DNA from: Tubulanus polymorphus
Lineage: Eukaryota > Animalia > Nemertea
Assembly: GCF_964204645.1 (NCBI RefSeq)
Contig: NC_134036.1
Location: 8,887,477-8,951,476 of the forward strand
Direction of reading: 5' to 3'
Length of the DNA stretch: 64,000 nt
Shown here: positions 46,708 to 59,095 of the stretch, piece by piece
How positions within the stretch are numbered: the stretch's first letter is position 1
Layout of the letters: every line of letters starts with the position of its first letter
Made by a program: the position numbers and the translations under genes
Notes under the pieces: model-generated
The model's database searches: none
Told to the model about the DNA's origin: nothing
What the model saw: the letters and a program-made list of their open reading frames with translations, nothing else

Positions 46708-49116
46708 GTGATCATGCTACCCACGGATCGAAATATCGTATTAAAATTCTTCTTCTTCACGTTCCCGTACCTCGTCGCTAGCTTCCGAAATTATGAGAAA
46801 TGCTATATCAAATCCAGGACTGCTAAAAGTAAAGTCAAGTTCCTTCAGGAGTGTTATGCCGAAAAAGTGGTTCCGCGATCACGTTCTTGGATTTGGAAAT
46901 ACGACTCCAGCTCTGCGTTTCCACCCGAAGCTAACAAGCAACTCAAATTCGCTATAGATCGTGCTAAGGAAGACTGTAACTATCAGTTCTACAAATTCCG
47001 TCAATCTCAAAATTATTTGAAGTCACACGTACCGGACCTATTCCTCTGGAAATCGCTCTCCACTATTGTTCAAGGCTCTGGAAAATATCATCAGCACAGA
47101 AAGTCCGTGGATCTTACCAACCAACTGAATAAACTCATTGATTCCAGCCCTTGGACTAGATTTAGCAACACCGAAAACATAGTAAATTTGTCTTCAACCA
47201 CGTTATCTTCTACTCAGTGTCAACTTCTCGGCTACGGTTTGAATTTTTCTCTTCCTCATCAAGATAAACATGTTTTAGACTTTGTCACCCAATTGGAATA
47301 TCGCAAATCATCTCCGAACAGTTTGGACTATAACTTTATATTCATGAATCTACAGGCTGTTTGCGATCAACTCAACAGGAACCTCTTTGAATATCTACCC
47401 CGTCGATTTCGGCTCGCCCTCCAAGAACTACGGAAGTTAAAGACTATTAAAATATCTAAGGCTGATAAAGGTGGCAAGATTGTGATTTTAGATCTGGATA
47501 ATTATAATGTTAAAATGCAATCTCTCTTGGATAATCCTGGTGTTTATAAGAAACTTAAATCGAATCCTCTTCCTCGTATGCAAGCTAATTTCAACAGAAG
47601 TCTTTCGGATATTATTAAACGTTTCCCCTCCGCTAAAGAAACTCTGAATAAGTTCCATTCACGTCTTCCCTCTTTACCATATATCTATGGATTGCCTAAA
47701 ATTCATAAAGATAATGTTCCACTGCGCCCTATAGTCTCCAATTGTAATTCTCCTACATACCGGTTATCTAAATTTCTCGCGAAACAGTTATCTCCGGTGC
47801 TCGGTTCGTTCTCTCCGTCGCACCTTCGCCATAATCAACACTTACTTGAACGTATTAAGAATATTATCCCTGGCAACGACAAATTTATATCATTTGATGT
47901 TACTTCCCTTTTTACCAATGTTCCTCTTGGACCTACTCTTGATTTCTTAAAACGCAGATTACCATCACTTAACATTAACTTCGGCATTCCTACGGATTGT
48001 ATCATCGACCTTATCTCTATTTGTACGACGGACTCCTTTTTTGAATTCAACAATTGTTTTTACGAACAGACATTCGGTATCGCTATGGGAAATCCTCTAA
48101 GTCCTATTCTAGCTAATTTATTCCTAGAACATGTTGAATCTGAAATATTGCCTCTTTACACTGATATTCACCCTAAAATCTGGCTCAGATATGTTGACGA
48201 TGTTCTGGCTTTGGTTCCCTTTGACTTCAATGTTGATAACTTTCTTATATATTTAAACTCCCTTTACCCGTCTCTGGCTTTTACGTATGAATGGGAATCT
48301 AATAGTAAAATACCTTTTCTGGATGTTTTGATTTTTAACTGTGGATCCTTTTTGAAATTCGCGGTTTATAGGAAACCTACCAACGCTGAATCCTACCTCC
48401 ATTACTTCTCTTTTACTTCTCCGGATATTAAACTCGGTTTAGCTCAAGGATTATTTCTTCGCGCTTTGAGAATTTGCGACCCCTCATTTCTACCCGATGA
48501 AATTCACCATATTAACCAATCTCTCAAAAAACTTGCCTACCCCGATTTCCTATTGAAAAAAGCTCTACTTAAAGCTCGTACTACGCATTTTAGAAATAAC
48601 AACCTTAGAACTCCTACGTTGGCTACCGATAAACAGCCTATCATTGTACCGTATGTACCTTTCCTCGAGAATTCTAAAGTTTCTCTTCGGTCACTAAATA
48701 AACAACTCATCTTTAAATACAATAATAAACTTAGTAACATATTGATTAACAACAAACCGAAAACCGAATCCCTAAACTGTGGAATTTATAAAATACCTTG
48801 TAAAGTTTGCGACAAAGTATATATAGGAGAAACAGGTCGGAATCTTAATCAACGCATAAAAGAGCATAAATTAGATGTAAAAAACTTTAAACCTGAAAGC
48901 GGAGTTGCTAGTCATGTTTTTCAGACTTCACACAATTTTGATTTTGCTAATGCTGAATTAGTTTACCCTTGCAGCGATAAAACTAGAAGACATATTTTGG
49001 AATCTGCATTAATTATTGAAAATTCGAACAACGTTGTAAACCTTAATAATGGTTTTTCACCCCATAATAAACTTATATCAAAATTCCTCTGTAAACTGGT
49101 TAAACTCAACACTTGA
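46708..49116 (+). CDS. Penelope RT plus GIY-YIG endonuclease, inverted intact copy
   Basis: 802-aa translation identical to 40246-42654; first ATG at 46714. Confidence 0.97.
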   Translation: MIMLPTDRNIVLKFFFFTFPYLVASFRNYEKCYIKSRTAKSKVKFLQECYAEKVVPRSRSWIWKYDSSSAFPPEANKQLKFAIDRAKEDCNYQFYKFRQSQNYLKSHVPDLFLWKSLSTIVQGSGKYHQHRKSVDLTNQLNKLIDSSPWTRFSNTENIVNLSSTTLSSTQCQLLGYGLNFSLPHQDKHVLDFVTQLEYRKSSPNSLDYNFIFMNLQAVCDQLNRNLFEYLPRRFRLALQELRKLKTIKISKADKGGKIVILDLDNYNVKMQSLLDNPGVYKKLKSNPLPRMQANFNRSLSDIIKRFPSAKETLNKFHSRLPSLPYIYGLPKIHKDNVPLRPIVSNCNSPTYRLSKFLAKQLSPVLGSFSPSHLRHNQHLLERIKNIIPGNDKFISFDVTSLFTNVPLGPTLDFLKRRLPSLNINFGIPTDCIIDLISICTTDSFFEFNNCFYEQTFGIAMGNPLSPILANLFLEHVESEILPLYTDIHPKIWLRYVDDVLALVPFDFNVDNFLIYLNSLYPSLAFTYEWESNSKIPFLDVLIFNCGSFLKFAVYRKPTNAESYLHYFSFTSPDIKLGLAQGLFLRALRICDPSFLPDEIHHINQSLKKLAYPDFLLKKALLKARTTHFRNNNLRTPTLATDKQPIIVPYVPFLENSKVSLRSLNKQLIFKYNNKLSNILINNKPKTESLNCGIYKIPCKVCDKVYIGETGRNLNQRIKEHKLDVKNFKPESGVASHVFQTSHNFDFANAELVYPCSDKTRRHILESALIIENSNNVVNLNNGFSPHNKLISKFLCKLVKLNT

Positions 49117-49416
49117 TTTCCCCTTTGATTATTTGTTATTTGTTCTCTCATCAATTTCGTCTCTGACTTAACTTGTATTCACCTTTGTTTTAATTTAAGT
49201 GCCCCTTAGTTTTTTACTACTGACTTTAAGTTTCATTTATATTTATACTCACTATTGTTGTTTATAATCACCCCTTAGTTTGCTTCCCTTTAATCTATTT
49301 TAGCGTGTAACTGTTTCTACGTTAATTTTCCTTTAGTTTGTATCATCTCTGATTACTTGAATTAGTCTCTTTGTCTCTGGATTGTATATATATCTCATAA
49401 TTTCTGTAGTATCTCA

Positions 49417-49462
49417 TTATTCCTGAAGATGACTATTAGGATATAGTCGAAACGTTGAATAA
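49417..49462 (+). ncRNA. Minimal hammerhead ribozyme, copy 5
   Basis: Identical motif in the terminal pLTR. Confidence 0.85.
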
Positions 49463-49521
49463 ACTACTATCTCAAAGTTTCATTTTCGGACTTTTTATTA
49501 TCATTGTGGGATTCTCTCCTC

Positions 49522-49860
49522 GCGGCAAAGCTTGATTTGCTTCTGAGCCCACCATACAACAAAATGTGGAAAAAAAATAATAAAAGAATTGATAAATTCC
49601 ACATTCCCAATCATAAAAATCTGCCACACAGACTACCATCCAGACAACTTTTCCGAGCAATATCTTGATATTGAAAAGAATACACAAGTAGCAGATCAAA
49701 CCTTCGTTTAGCTAGGCACATTTAAAAAGATTGTTGTGTCGAGGCCTAAGGTTCATCATTTGTATTTTATACACCGTATCGCCAAGCTGCGTAGTAACTA
49801 TAATGTCTGCTGCTATAAGTCTGCAAAGAAACCACTTCTTCCAAGTTTGCGAAATAACAA
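49522..49860 (+). pseudogene. 3' part of the KDZ-like transposase
   Basis: Resumes AAKLDLLLSPPYNKMW after the TSD; then IDKFHIPNH, YHPD, NTQVADQTF..LGTFKK with frameshifts and a stop. Confidence 0.7.
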
Positions 49861-50179
49861 ATCAACATAATCGTAAACTGAATAGTGTTGGCATCTTTTT
49901 ATTGAACTGCAACTTCATATAAAAAACAATAGAATGAATGATTTTTTTCTTGTATTTACAATGAATGTTCATATAGTATTATCTAATATCTGAAGCTAAT
50001 GATATGATTTAGGTAGTACACGTACATACACAATTTAGACTTGTACGATTTTTTGGAATAAATGATATTTCCTTAGTATTTACAATGAATGTTCATCTAG
50101 TAATATCTAATGTTATATATATCATCTGTGAATGTAGTATGATTCAGGTAGTACACAATTGACATTTGTACGATTTTCC

Positions 50180-52320
50180 CGATCTGTAGATTTTTAATTG
50201 GGCGCTTTTGATTCCTACGCATTCACAATGGAACCATCGGCAGCAAGAATCGCACTGAATCAAGTTAGTTGTTTTTTTTTTTTGTTCTCAACGTGGTAAG
50301 ATCCACGGACCACGCATACATCTTCTTTCTTATTTTTCGTTCCTTTTCGTCTTACCGACTTGCTCCAATGTTCTTGCGAGGTCTTCTGCAATTGTTTTAA
50401 GAAATGTATTATGATGTACGTGTAACTATTTGATACAACCCTAGTAAACTATGTGCATGTACATTATTACGTTTAAATCTCATTGTCTTACCCATTGAAA
50501 TACTCGATGAACGGCCTTGCAGCGATTCTTGTATGTCATCTACGTGTACATTGCAAATTGATTCTGGAAATGACAGTTCTTTCATCACGCATTATTTTTA
50601 CCAAAGAAACTACTCGTATTGTTATCGGATTAATTAGGTACCCGATCTCTGCTCATTTGGTCTTGCCGACATAACCCGACGTGCCCGAAGCCGTGGTCCA
50701 AAGTTTACGGTGACTTCCATCGTGTCTGAAATGATAGCTATACAACCATATATACTCGTTCTTAAATTTTCAAAAGTCATTTTCAATATGAATCTTATGT
50801 TTTCTCTTACCGGCATTCGGCTCTACAATTGATTCTGCAATTACTTTCTTGGTAGACTCTGAAATGAAAAACTATTCGATATGATTCTCAGTTTTTGATT
50901 TCTTTATATTTAATCAACTTGATGGTTATTTCTTTTTTATTGAATTGTTAAGGTATTTTACCTGCGCTCGGTGCTTCAAATGACATTTGTTCAGGAGACT
51001 CTGAAATAATAATTATTCAATATAATTCTCTGTTTTTTTTGTTCGTTACATTAACAAATATTTTATATATTTATATATTTTGATAGTTCGGCATTTTCTA
51101 ACCTGCTCTCTGTCTAGCCAATTCCATCGATTCCATCGTCTTCTTTGACGATCTTGGACGTCCCGAAGTCGTGGCTCAGAATTTTCTGGAAAAAAATATT
51201 TCTTCGTTTACGATTGAACGGTGATAGAATTTCCGCTCATTTCGAACAACATACATACCAGCGAATAATCCGTCGACTAGTTCGGTTGGTATTTGAGAAA
51301 GCGGTATTACTGCCGACGATACATTACTTCCCCCCATTCTCGAATGTCGCCCACAACGTCCCCCATCTCCAAAACCCCATCCTTCAGTTTTTTCTCGCTT
51401 ATCGTTATAGTCGATTGCCTTGCCCGTATTTCGGCGCTCAGTGCTCTTATTCCAACGGCAAGACAGCGCTCTTGTTTGCCGTTTAGTGACTGATGAGTGA
51501 TAGCTATGATTCTATGAAGCTGAAAACGTCCGAAAGAATATACAATATGTGATGAATATACTGTGTTTTGAGTAATGTTGTCATTAGATTTAGACATAAA
51601 TACACACAAGTTTACCTCTTGTTTGCTGAAATGTGCTGGGGCATCCGCTAAGGTGCTGAGTAAGGTGTTTTCATACCTAATGTCGACCCCAAACACCTGA
51701 TGGGCTTGATAACCTCTTGGCACGACAGACTCACATAGGAAAGATTCCAACCCTTCAGAGCAACACAAATCCGTAAGATTTAATTGTGTAAGAAACTAAA
51801 AAAAATGTGACAAGCTTTTAAAGGTCATTCTGCTCACACATACAGATGCTTACGATTAGTTAAGAAGGCATAACTTACCAACTCTGTTAGGGCGAACAAG
51901 CAACCATAATTTTTTTGCAATTCTGGGGTCTTCGATGCCCGTAGCTTCGGCCCAGCGGCTGCACGTGCGTCTAATGTCACTGATATCAATTGACGATAGG
52001 CTCGGAATATTTTTTCCCGCATTTGACATGGCTGAATCTATGTCCACTGACGGGGTTTTCAACGAACCATTAGTCAACGGTAATACAGTCAACCTGCTTA
52101 TTTCGCGGAGACTAGAATATAAAAGAAAATATAGCTGCAAAGCAGCGATAACGGGTTTCTGCCTTGCCGGGTTAGATACCGTACCAGGAAGGTTGCAAAA
52201 GATTTCACTGAAATCAGTTCATTACGTACCACTATCTGTGAAGAAGCGCCACCTAGGGGTTATCCTGTATCATGGGTCAGCCCATATCATGGATATGTTG
52301 ACCCATGGCTCTTAAGTGCA
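50180..52320 (-). pseudogene. Unidentified degenerate multi-exon gene, convergent on the KDZ gene
   Basis: Short open segments bounded by minus-strand ttttcatttcag-type acceptors and GT donors; no family recognised. Confidence 0.35.
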
Positions 52321-53345
52321 AAGTAATGATGTACCAAGTTTAGGGAAAATAACTTGGTGATACAGTGTTCTACCATTCCCTCGTAGCAAAGTACCTGTGT
52401 ATCAATTTTCATAGAAATTCCTCCATCCGATAAGTAGATATTAATGAAAATGCATTTCCAACAATTTGTAGGTGGCGCTACTGGAGCACCATATGAGTTA
52501 CCTACTTAAACCATACACCAGTACAAGTGTCTTGTAAAGGGCTACTAACCACACATTTCAACCTCGATTCTATGACCAACGGTTTAGGAGCAAAGATCGT
52601 TGTTTTCACAGTCCCCTGGTGGCAGTTGTATGAACTAATCATGCAGGTTGGCATATTACACACGTGTCTTTGTACATATACTAAGTTTTGTGATTTCCAT
52701 AATAAACAGACCACATTACATACGAAAAAAATGGATGCCGAAATCGATTTTTCAAAATGTACGCCCCCTAGTGGTTAAAATAGGAACTAATCATGCGGGA
52801 GGTTCGTTGCATTTAGTAACCAGGTACATGTGTATCAATTCTTATAGAAATCCATTGATACCCTTAGTCGATATAGATGAAAATGTGTTTTCCAGCCTCT
52901 TATAGGTGGCGCTACTGGAGAACCATATGAGTTACATAGTTATACCATACATCAATACAAGCGTCTTGTCAAGGGCTACTGATCACTCGTTGCAACCACA
53001 ATTCTATCTCCACCGGTTAAGGAGCTAGGAGCAAAAATCGCTTTGAAAAATTAGGTGTCCCATTTTCGAGCCCGTAGAGCCCAAACGGTTAATCGCAGAT
53101 AGGGCGTGCCATTGACTTTTTTAGCCTCCAGGCTGTCATGAACAACTTTCGTGCCCGGCCGAAGCTGAAAACTCAAAGACAAAAAATTTTCTCACACAGT
53201 AACTTTTCCATGTCAGAATTTTCAAAAGTAAAACGCCCCTGGTGGGTGAACGGGGTCCCCAATCAAAAAGCCATTAGACTTACCTCAAGGTACCTGTGTT
53301 CCGTACATCTCACGTAAGTTTCAAGTAAAACCGTTGAGCAATATT
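52317..53345. repeat. Unclassified transposon-like repeat with ~435-bp internal duplication
   Basis: TAGGTGGCGCTACTGGAG.ACCATATGAGTTAC at ~52469 and ~52903; CGCCCC(C)T(A/G)GTGG motifs. Confidence 0.55.
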
Positions 53346-53833
53346 CTTGTTACCAGCCGAATTCGAAGTATCAAAGCCTATGATGCTCACTACTAGTGTT
53401 GCCAGCTCTCTAACTTGTATACGGCACAAACACAAACAAGGCTATTAAGAATTCCTCAGTTGCGTTCAGTCGAGCAATGTCCTAATTCAACGATCGATTT
53501 GTAGAAGTAAGAGATAAAAATATCACTACTGCTTACGTGTTTACTACAGATCCAGAACAACACAGCTCTATCGATATAAGGACACAGACACAAACACACG
53601 TATTTAGGACGTGCTGTGGGAATGACACGTAGGCAATACACATACGTATATGGATACTGTTTGAATCGGGCTTAAATTTCGATGTTTAGAGGCTCACAGT
53701 GCAATTCTAATTAATATCATATACAGTATTTGTCAATGCAGCGTAGTACTTGTGATACAGAATGGTTTCACCGACAGTGAAAGTAAATTGCAGTTGTTTA
53801 TATCCTTTCAGTACGATCCAGTGTGAAAAAGAA

Positions 53834-53882
<49 letters not shown>

Positions 53883-54031
53883 GTAACGGTAACGGTAACG
53901 GTAACGGTAACGGTAACGATAACGATAACGATAACGATAACGATAACGATAACGATAACGATAACGATAACGATAACGATAACGATAACGATAAAGATAA
54001 CGATAACGATAATGATGATAATAATAATAAT
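53834..54031. repeat. Compound microsatellite (AAT)n-(GGTAAC)n-(GATAAC)n-(AAT)n
   Basis: Read directly. Confidence 0.98.
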
Positions 54032-54391
54032 AAGGTCGTAATCAACATGTGACATTACTCAATATGTTTTCACAATAATTAGCTATAGTCAGTGCTCATC
54101 GATAATCAATTAATGTCTCTCAAACGTGTCACTAGGTGTTTGTTTGTGAGTCCTGATGTCTACAACTTGTCTGACACCTAGTTCTCACATTATACTCATG
54201 ATTCTGTATATAAAGACTATGTAAAGCTATGATAATAATTCTCATTCCGGGATGCAATAAAGATTGTACATAAGGTTTAACTGCCTTGTTGTTCCTGATG
54301 GATGAAATCCTGTACCGCTGGTGTAAATGCTAGTTCCCCAGCCAGCCTGCCGATACAACAACCAGCCGGTTACACTTGTAAGTTACAATTC

Positions 54392-56250
54392 TCATGCGCT
54401 GAACTTTCCATTCAAATGATCATGGTCTCTTACTTTTTTATCTTTTAGATTAAATAGTTTTTCGCAATAATAACATTTATCTGCAAACTCAAATTCTTCT
54501 TTATCTTCTTCTGTCATTATATTTTCTATATTTGTATCTATTAGTTTACTAAACTTCATTTCATATTCAATTAATAAGTCACAAAAATGATTGATAACAT
54601 TTTCATTCCTATAATTATAAAATTCACTTTTGATTAGTTCTGGATAATCAGATATAATATATAATCCAAAAGCTGCAGCTGATTGATGAATCTTTTTGAT
54701 ATTATTTGTTATTAGAGGATCTGAATAATCAATTACATCATTTTCATTACAATTTAATTTCTTTCTTTTATAATATATTTCTTTTCTATCTTCATTAGTT
54801 AATTCTTTATTTAATGATTCAAAATCTCCATATATTACAAATGGTACCTTATTCTTGTAATCATATTTTTTGAATTCTAATACTTTATCTTTTTCATTTG
54901 GTAAAACCATTGTCCAATAATCATGATTTTCACATAATTGTTTATGATTTAATAATGCACTTTCAGTTTTGAATTTAGTTTTAATTTTCTACATAGATAT
55001 ATTTTATAATCAAAATCATCTTCTGATTTAAAAAATAAATCAATTCTTTTAATCCACATATAATGATTTTCATAATATAATATATCTATAACACCATTTA
55101 AATCATAATCTTTTGATAAATAGAAAGGCTCTAATGTAAAATGTTTTATATTGTTACCTTATGTTTTTGGTAATTTTATCTCTTTCTATTTTTGGGATAT
55201 TTTTAATTCTTACAGGATAGTTATCTATCTTATAATTATTTTCAAATGGTTTATAATGTGTCAATCTAAAACTATGTTGTTTATAATCTTCAACTGGGTG
55301 TAAGCAACTAATTATTGACCATAGAAAACATTTATCATCTTCATTTTGTACATTTATAACAGCATTAGTTTTAAATTGTATTTTGATATAACTTGATCCA
55401 TTTATATTATCATCTTTATAATATGATAAATTATTTTCATCAATTGGTTTTGATTTAGTTAACTTATTATATTTTGTGTTATAAACATGTAAAGCCATAA
55501 ATATTATTTCTTCAAATATAAAACCTGATCCTTCAAAATATTTCTCTTCTATTTTACTTTTTATTTCATTATAACATTTATTTAATCTATCAGCTCTATG
55601 TTGTTTAGATATTATATGTTGTGAATGGGAATTTATATTACATATTGGTTTATCTTCACATTTTATGAATTTAACTTTACAAGATATACTAATTTTAGGA
55701 TATTCTACATCTGTAATTATCCTTATCATATTTTTCATATTTTCTAAATGTTTTTTATTTTCTTCTAATGTTTTACCTTTATGAAATTTAAACTCAATAG
55801 CTGCTGGACCAATATCACTTTTAAATGCTTCAGTTATATCTATTTCTTTTTTATTATCTAATGAATTAACATAATTTCTAACATCTTCCATGTATGATCT
55901 TTTATTGTTTAATTTATTTTTTATTCTTTTAATTGTCTTCTGTTTCTTATCATTATCTTTATCAAAATAATCTTCACCTAAAATATCATTATTCATATTT
56001 CTAATATGACTTTTAGATTTTAAATGTTCTTTATAATATCTTTTGTTACTGAGTGATTGATTACATGTATCACATTTATATATTTCTTTTTCATTCTTTA
56101 ATTCTTCTAATTTAGTTTCTAATGTATCATCTTTATATTCTAATTTCAATTTATTCTCTAAATTCGTTTTAGTTTTATTCTGTCTTGCTTTTTGGGATTT
56201 ATCTATATTGATTTTACATGTTGGACAATGGTATTTCTTATTGCTTCCAT
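54392..56250 (-). pseudogene. Polinton pPolB 5' half: zinc fingers, N-terminal domain, Exo I and endonuclease-VII-like Zn motif; truncated
   Basis: CDTC...HLKSKSH, GSSYI...VINVQNEDDKCFLWSI, VPFVIYGDFES, CYYCEK...KVRDHDHLNGKF; ATG at 56250. Confidence 0.85.
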
Positions 56251-56284
56251 TTTAATACTAATTTTTTTATTAAAATTGATTTTA

Positions 56285-56624
56285 TATTATTCGAAATCTA
56301 TTTCATGGTGCTCTTTTTCATTCTTACCCTAATATATGAAATAGAAATCACCATAATTCTTCTAAATCTTCACTAGATAACCTAGAAAATCTATCTGGTA
56401 AATAAGTTCTGTATTTATATTTATTTCCTTTTAATCTATCATATTCTAGAGTGAATTATTAATTTATCTCCATATTTATTAGAAACTGTATCAATGTTGG
56501 TAATTATATATTTCTTATGAATTGTTAATTCTGTTAACTTCTTAAAGTTATAATCTACAGATTTGACATTTGTAGTATCTTTGATTCTATCTAAGAATTC
56601 ACTGTGTATTTGTTTACTCTCCAT
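56285..56624 (-). pseudogene. Small KYG/LPD protein, homolog of 9910-10234, frameshifted
   Basis: FKKLTEL...KYG...; second frame YRTYLPDRFSRLSSEDLEEL...GKNEKEHHEIDFE. Confidence 0.6.
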
Positions 56625-56684
56625 TTTAATAACATATTTTTATTAAAATTGATTTTAGAAGTTATTATATGAAAATTATAAGAA

Positions 56685-56802
56685 TAATAGGGAATAAGTT
56701 GTTTCAAGTTAAAGGTTGAAGGGTCGAAAAATAAATTCGAGTGTGCGAGAAATTATTTTTCGACCCTTCGACCTTTGGCTTGACACAATATATTCCCTAT
56801 TA
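56685..56802. repeat. Imperfect palindrome with ~50-bp arms
   Basis: AATAGGGAATA...AAAGGTTGAAGGGTCGAAAAATAA vs TTATTTTTCGACCCTTCGACCTTT...ATTCCCTATT; one arm also occurs at ~3920-3960. Confidence 0.75.
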
Positions 56803-58147
56803 CTTATATTCTATCGCGATCGGATCGTAGTCGTGATGATGTTTACCCCCTGGTAACTAAATGATAACTTTTCAACCTATGATGTATATCAATTGCGTAA
56901 ATATTCTTGCCCGCACTGGTTTTGTGACGTAAAAGCGATTGTGATGTGTGGTTCGAAATAAAAAGCATTATTTGAAATATATAACAGTCGTTAATCAACA
57001 TTGTATAATGTTCTATTCGAACGCGCGTTATCGCATCAGTAATCGTGTAACAGCTGTTGGGAGCATCCATCGCAATTTTTGAATCATACGGGGGTCACGC
57101 GACCGCCGCCATCTTGGAACGGGGCGCCACCTTGGATCACATGACAGCCGCCATTTTGGATTTAACCACAACCACAATTTTAACCACTCGTGTATAGTAA
57201 TCCCCTATCACTACTAACGAGGTAAAGGAACGAAACTTCCGCCGTTACTAAAATCACGTGACAAGCACAACGCGGTCATAGGTAAAATACAATTCCAATT
57301 CATGATTTCCACAGTTAAGTTATGCGAATCAGTTTTCAAATTAATTTGAGATCATTAGGGCTAAATACTTTACCAAAAACTGTCATGGCAGCTAGGTCGC
57401 TGCTTCTTGCCAAAAGTTGAGTGGGAGAATCTGATTTTAAAGAATGCCGCTTCTTTCTACAAAAGGGGTCTGCAGTCTCGGGGGAGCAAAGTTCTATTCC
57501 AGATCTCGATTTTCATGCATAACAAGTTAGTGTTATTTTGTAGTAAATAGTCAAGGTTTTCATATGATGTAAGATTTGATGAGGCGGGCCACCAAAATCA
57601 TGTCCTTTTCGCCCCCGAAATTAATCCCAACTTACTTGGATTCGAAGTGAGCGCCCAGATGTATCATGTTCAAATTTGAAATACTCGAGAAACTGAAGTA
57701 GGAGGATGTTGATTTCTGTACGGTATTTCAAGGACTTAGGTGTGTAGTTTATCATAAGCTATTGGGCTCGAATCCTACTATAACCGTTTTCGTGCAGCAT
57801 ACGAAAAAAGTACCGGGCGGATTCGGGTGGTTTGAGTAGTATAAGTCTGGGCGGATAGGGACAGCTTGAGTGCCAATGGGGTGATAAATTTTTACTGAAT
57901 CTGAGTAAATTGAGTCAGATTTCTGAAAATTTGTTTTTCATTTGATGCGAACAATAAATTGCTTGCGTAAATGAATATACGTCATGGCTTGCACGTAGCT
58001 TCAGTCTATTGATACAATCAGTCCACATACCGCTGACACTTAATCGAATCATGAATTCAGCTCAGATGCAGTTTAACAGTTACATTGCTATAATGCGTGT
58101 AGTGAACAGGTCTGGAGCATACCGAACTGAGTTAATTCTCGTGAATC

Positions 58148-59095
58148 ATGAATTCAACTAAGATTCGAATTGGTCGAACGTATAGCAGTTACATCATTCT
58201 AATGTCGGTAGGAAACAGGTCTGGAACTTACCGTACTGTGTCGTTGGTCATTCTGCCTATCGTGTTTCTGTTTGGAGTCTTTGGAAATTCAGCTACTTTT
58301 CTTATAATGACAAGTCGCAAATTCCGCAGTTTATCTTACGCTAACTATCTTGTCATTTTGTCAGTCTGTGATTTCTTGTACTGCATAAATTTTACACTGA
58401 TGCCTGTTTTACAGTTTATTCTATTGAATCTAAATACTAGTCTTGTATATATCATGAATTCACTGATCAGTTGTAAGATATATGAAATATTGATGGCAGT
58501 TGCCAATTCTAGCAGTTCCTGGTTATTGGTAGCTATATCTCTAGAACGTGCGGCAGTTGTTCTCTTTCCATTCACTTCTCGTTTGATATGTACACCTAGA
58601 TTCGCAAGATTTACTATATTGATAATTACTACAGTGACTGTACTGGTTCAACTTCCCGCTACTTTGTCGATACATTTTTCCGACCAGTTTTTCGGATGTT
58701 ACTATGAATTAATTGTCCAAATGAAATTTCTTACTCCACTTGGTGTCTACGCTTTTGTTTTGCCTTTATCGTCGATTCTGATATCAAATTCTATCATAAT
58801 TATTCAGTTATTCAGAGGTTCAAAAATGCTTTCGTCTGATAAGAAAACTACAAAATCGAAACGTACAACAATGATGCTTGTAACAGTTTCACTCGCATTT
58901 GCAATATTCACACTTCCAACCACTATTGCTGCATTTTTACCAATCCTTACGGAACAGAAAGAATTTCTATATGACATTTTCACACAATTCGTAATGTGTA
59001 ACTATGTGGTAAATTTCTACATATATCTTTTAATGGGACGAGAAATTCGTGAATATTTCTGTATGAAAATCTGCTGTAGAAATTCAATCCAATAA
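58148..59095 (+). CDS. Single-exon rhodopsin-family GPCR, peptide-receptor-like
   Basis: GVFGN, LSVCD, SLERAAVVLFP, FAIFTLP, NFYIY; seven hydrophobic segments. Confidence 0.9.
   Translation: MNSTKIRIGRTYSSYIILMSVGNRSGTYRTVSLVILPIVFLFGVFGNSATFLIMTSRKFRSLSYANYLVILSVCDFLYCINFTLMPVLQFILLNLNTSLVYIMNSLISCKIYEILMAVANSSSSWLLVAISLERAAVVLFPFTSRLICTPRFARFTILIITTVTVLVQLPATLSIHFSDQFFGCYYELIVQMKFLTPLGVYAFVLPLSSILISNSIIIIQLFRGSKMLSSDKKTTKSKRTTMMLVTVSLAFAIFTLPTTIAAFLPILTEQKEFLYDIFTQFVMCNYVVNFYIYLLMGREIREYFCMKICCRNSIQ

Larger units (their letters stand above)
39793..49521. mobile_element. Penelope-like element array: two tandem minus units (period 2856 bp), a partial third unit, then an inverted plus unit
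   Basis: Near-identical units; inversion junction at 46270/46271; flanking 12-bp TSD GCGGCAAAGCTT (39781-39792, 49522-49533). Confidence 0.97.
54392..57215 (-). mobile_element. Truncated Polinton/Maverick remnant 3, replication module
   Basis: ACTACT end at 57210-57215, GCCATCTTG cluster, small KYG gene and pPolB 5' half. Confidence 0.8.

Noticed and set aside
40208-49154. Short antisense ORFs repeated in the Penelope units
   Set aside because: Shadows of the main ORF; they recur only because the units are near-identical
39793-49521. Penelope array as a pure assembly artefact
   Set aside because: Units carry private differences (nonsense change at 45322, N>H change, short deletion near 49210) and the TSD is clean; read-level confirmation is still advisable
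53707-54055. Poly-N/poly-I/LS-repeat ORFs
   Set aside because: Compound microsatellite without coding evidence
54048-54388. Possible solo LTR (TGTGAC...GTTACA with TATAAA and AATAAA)
   Set aside because: No TSD and no second copy in the window; insufficient support
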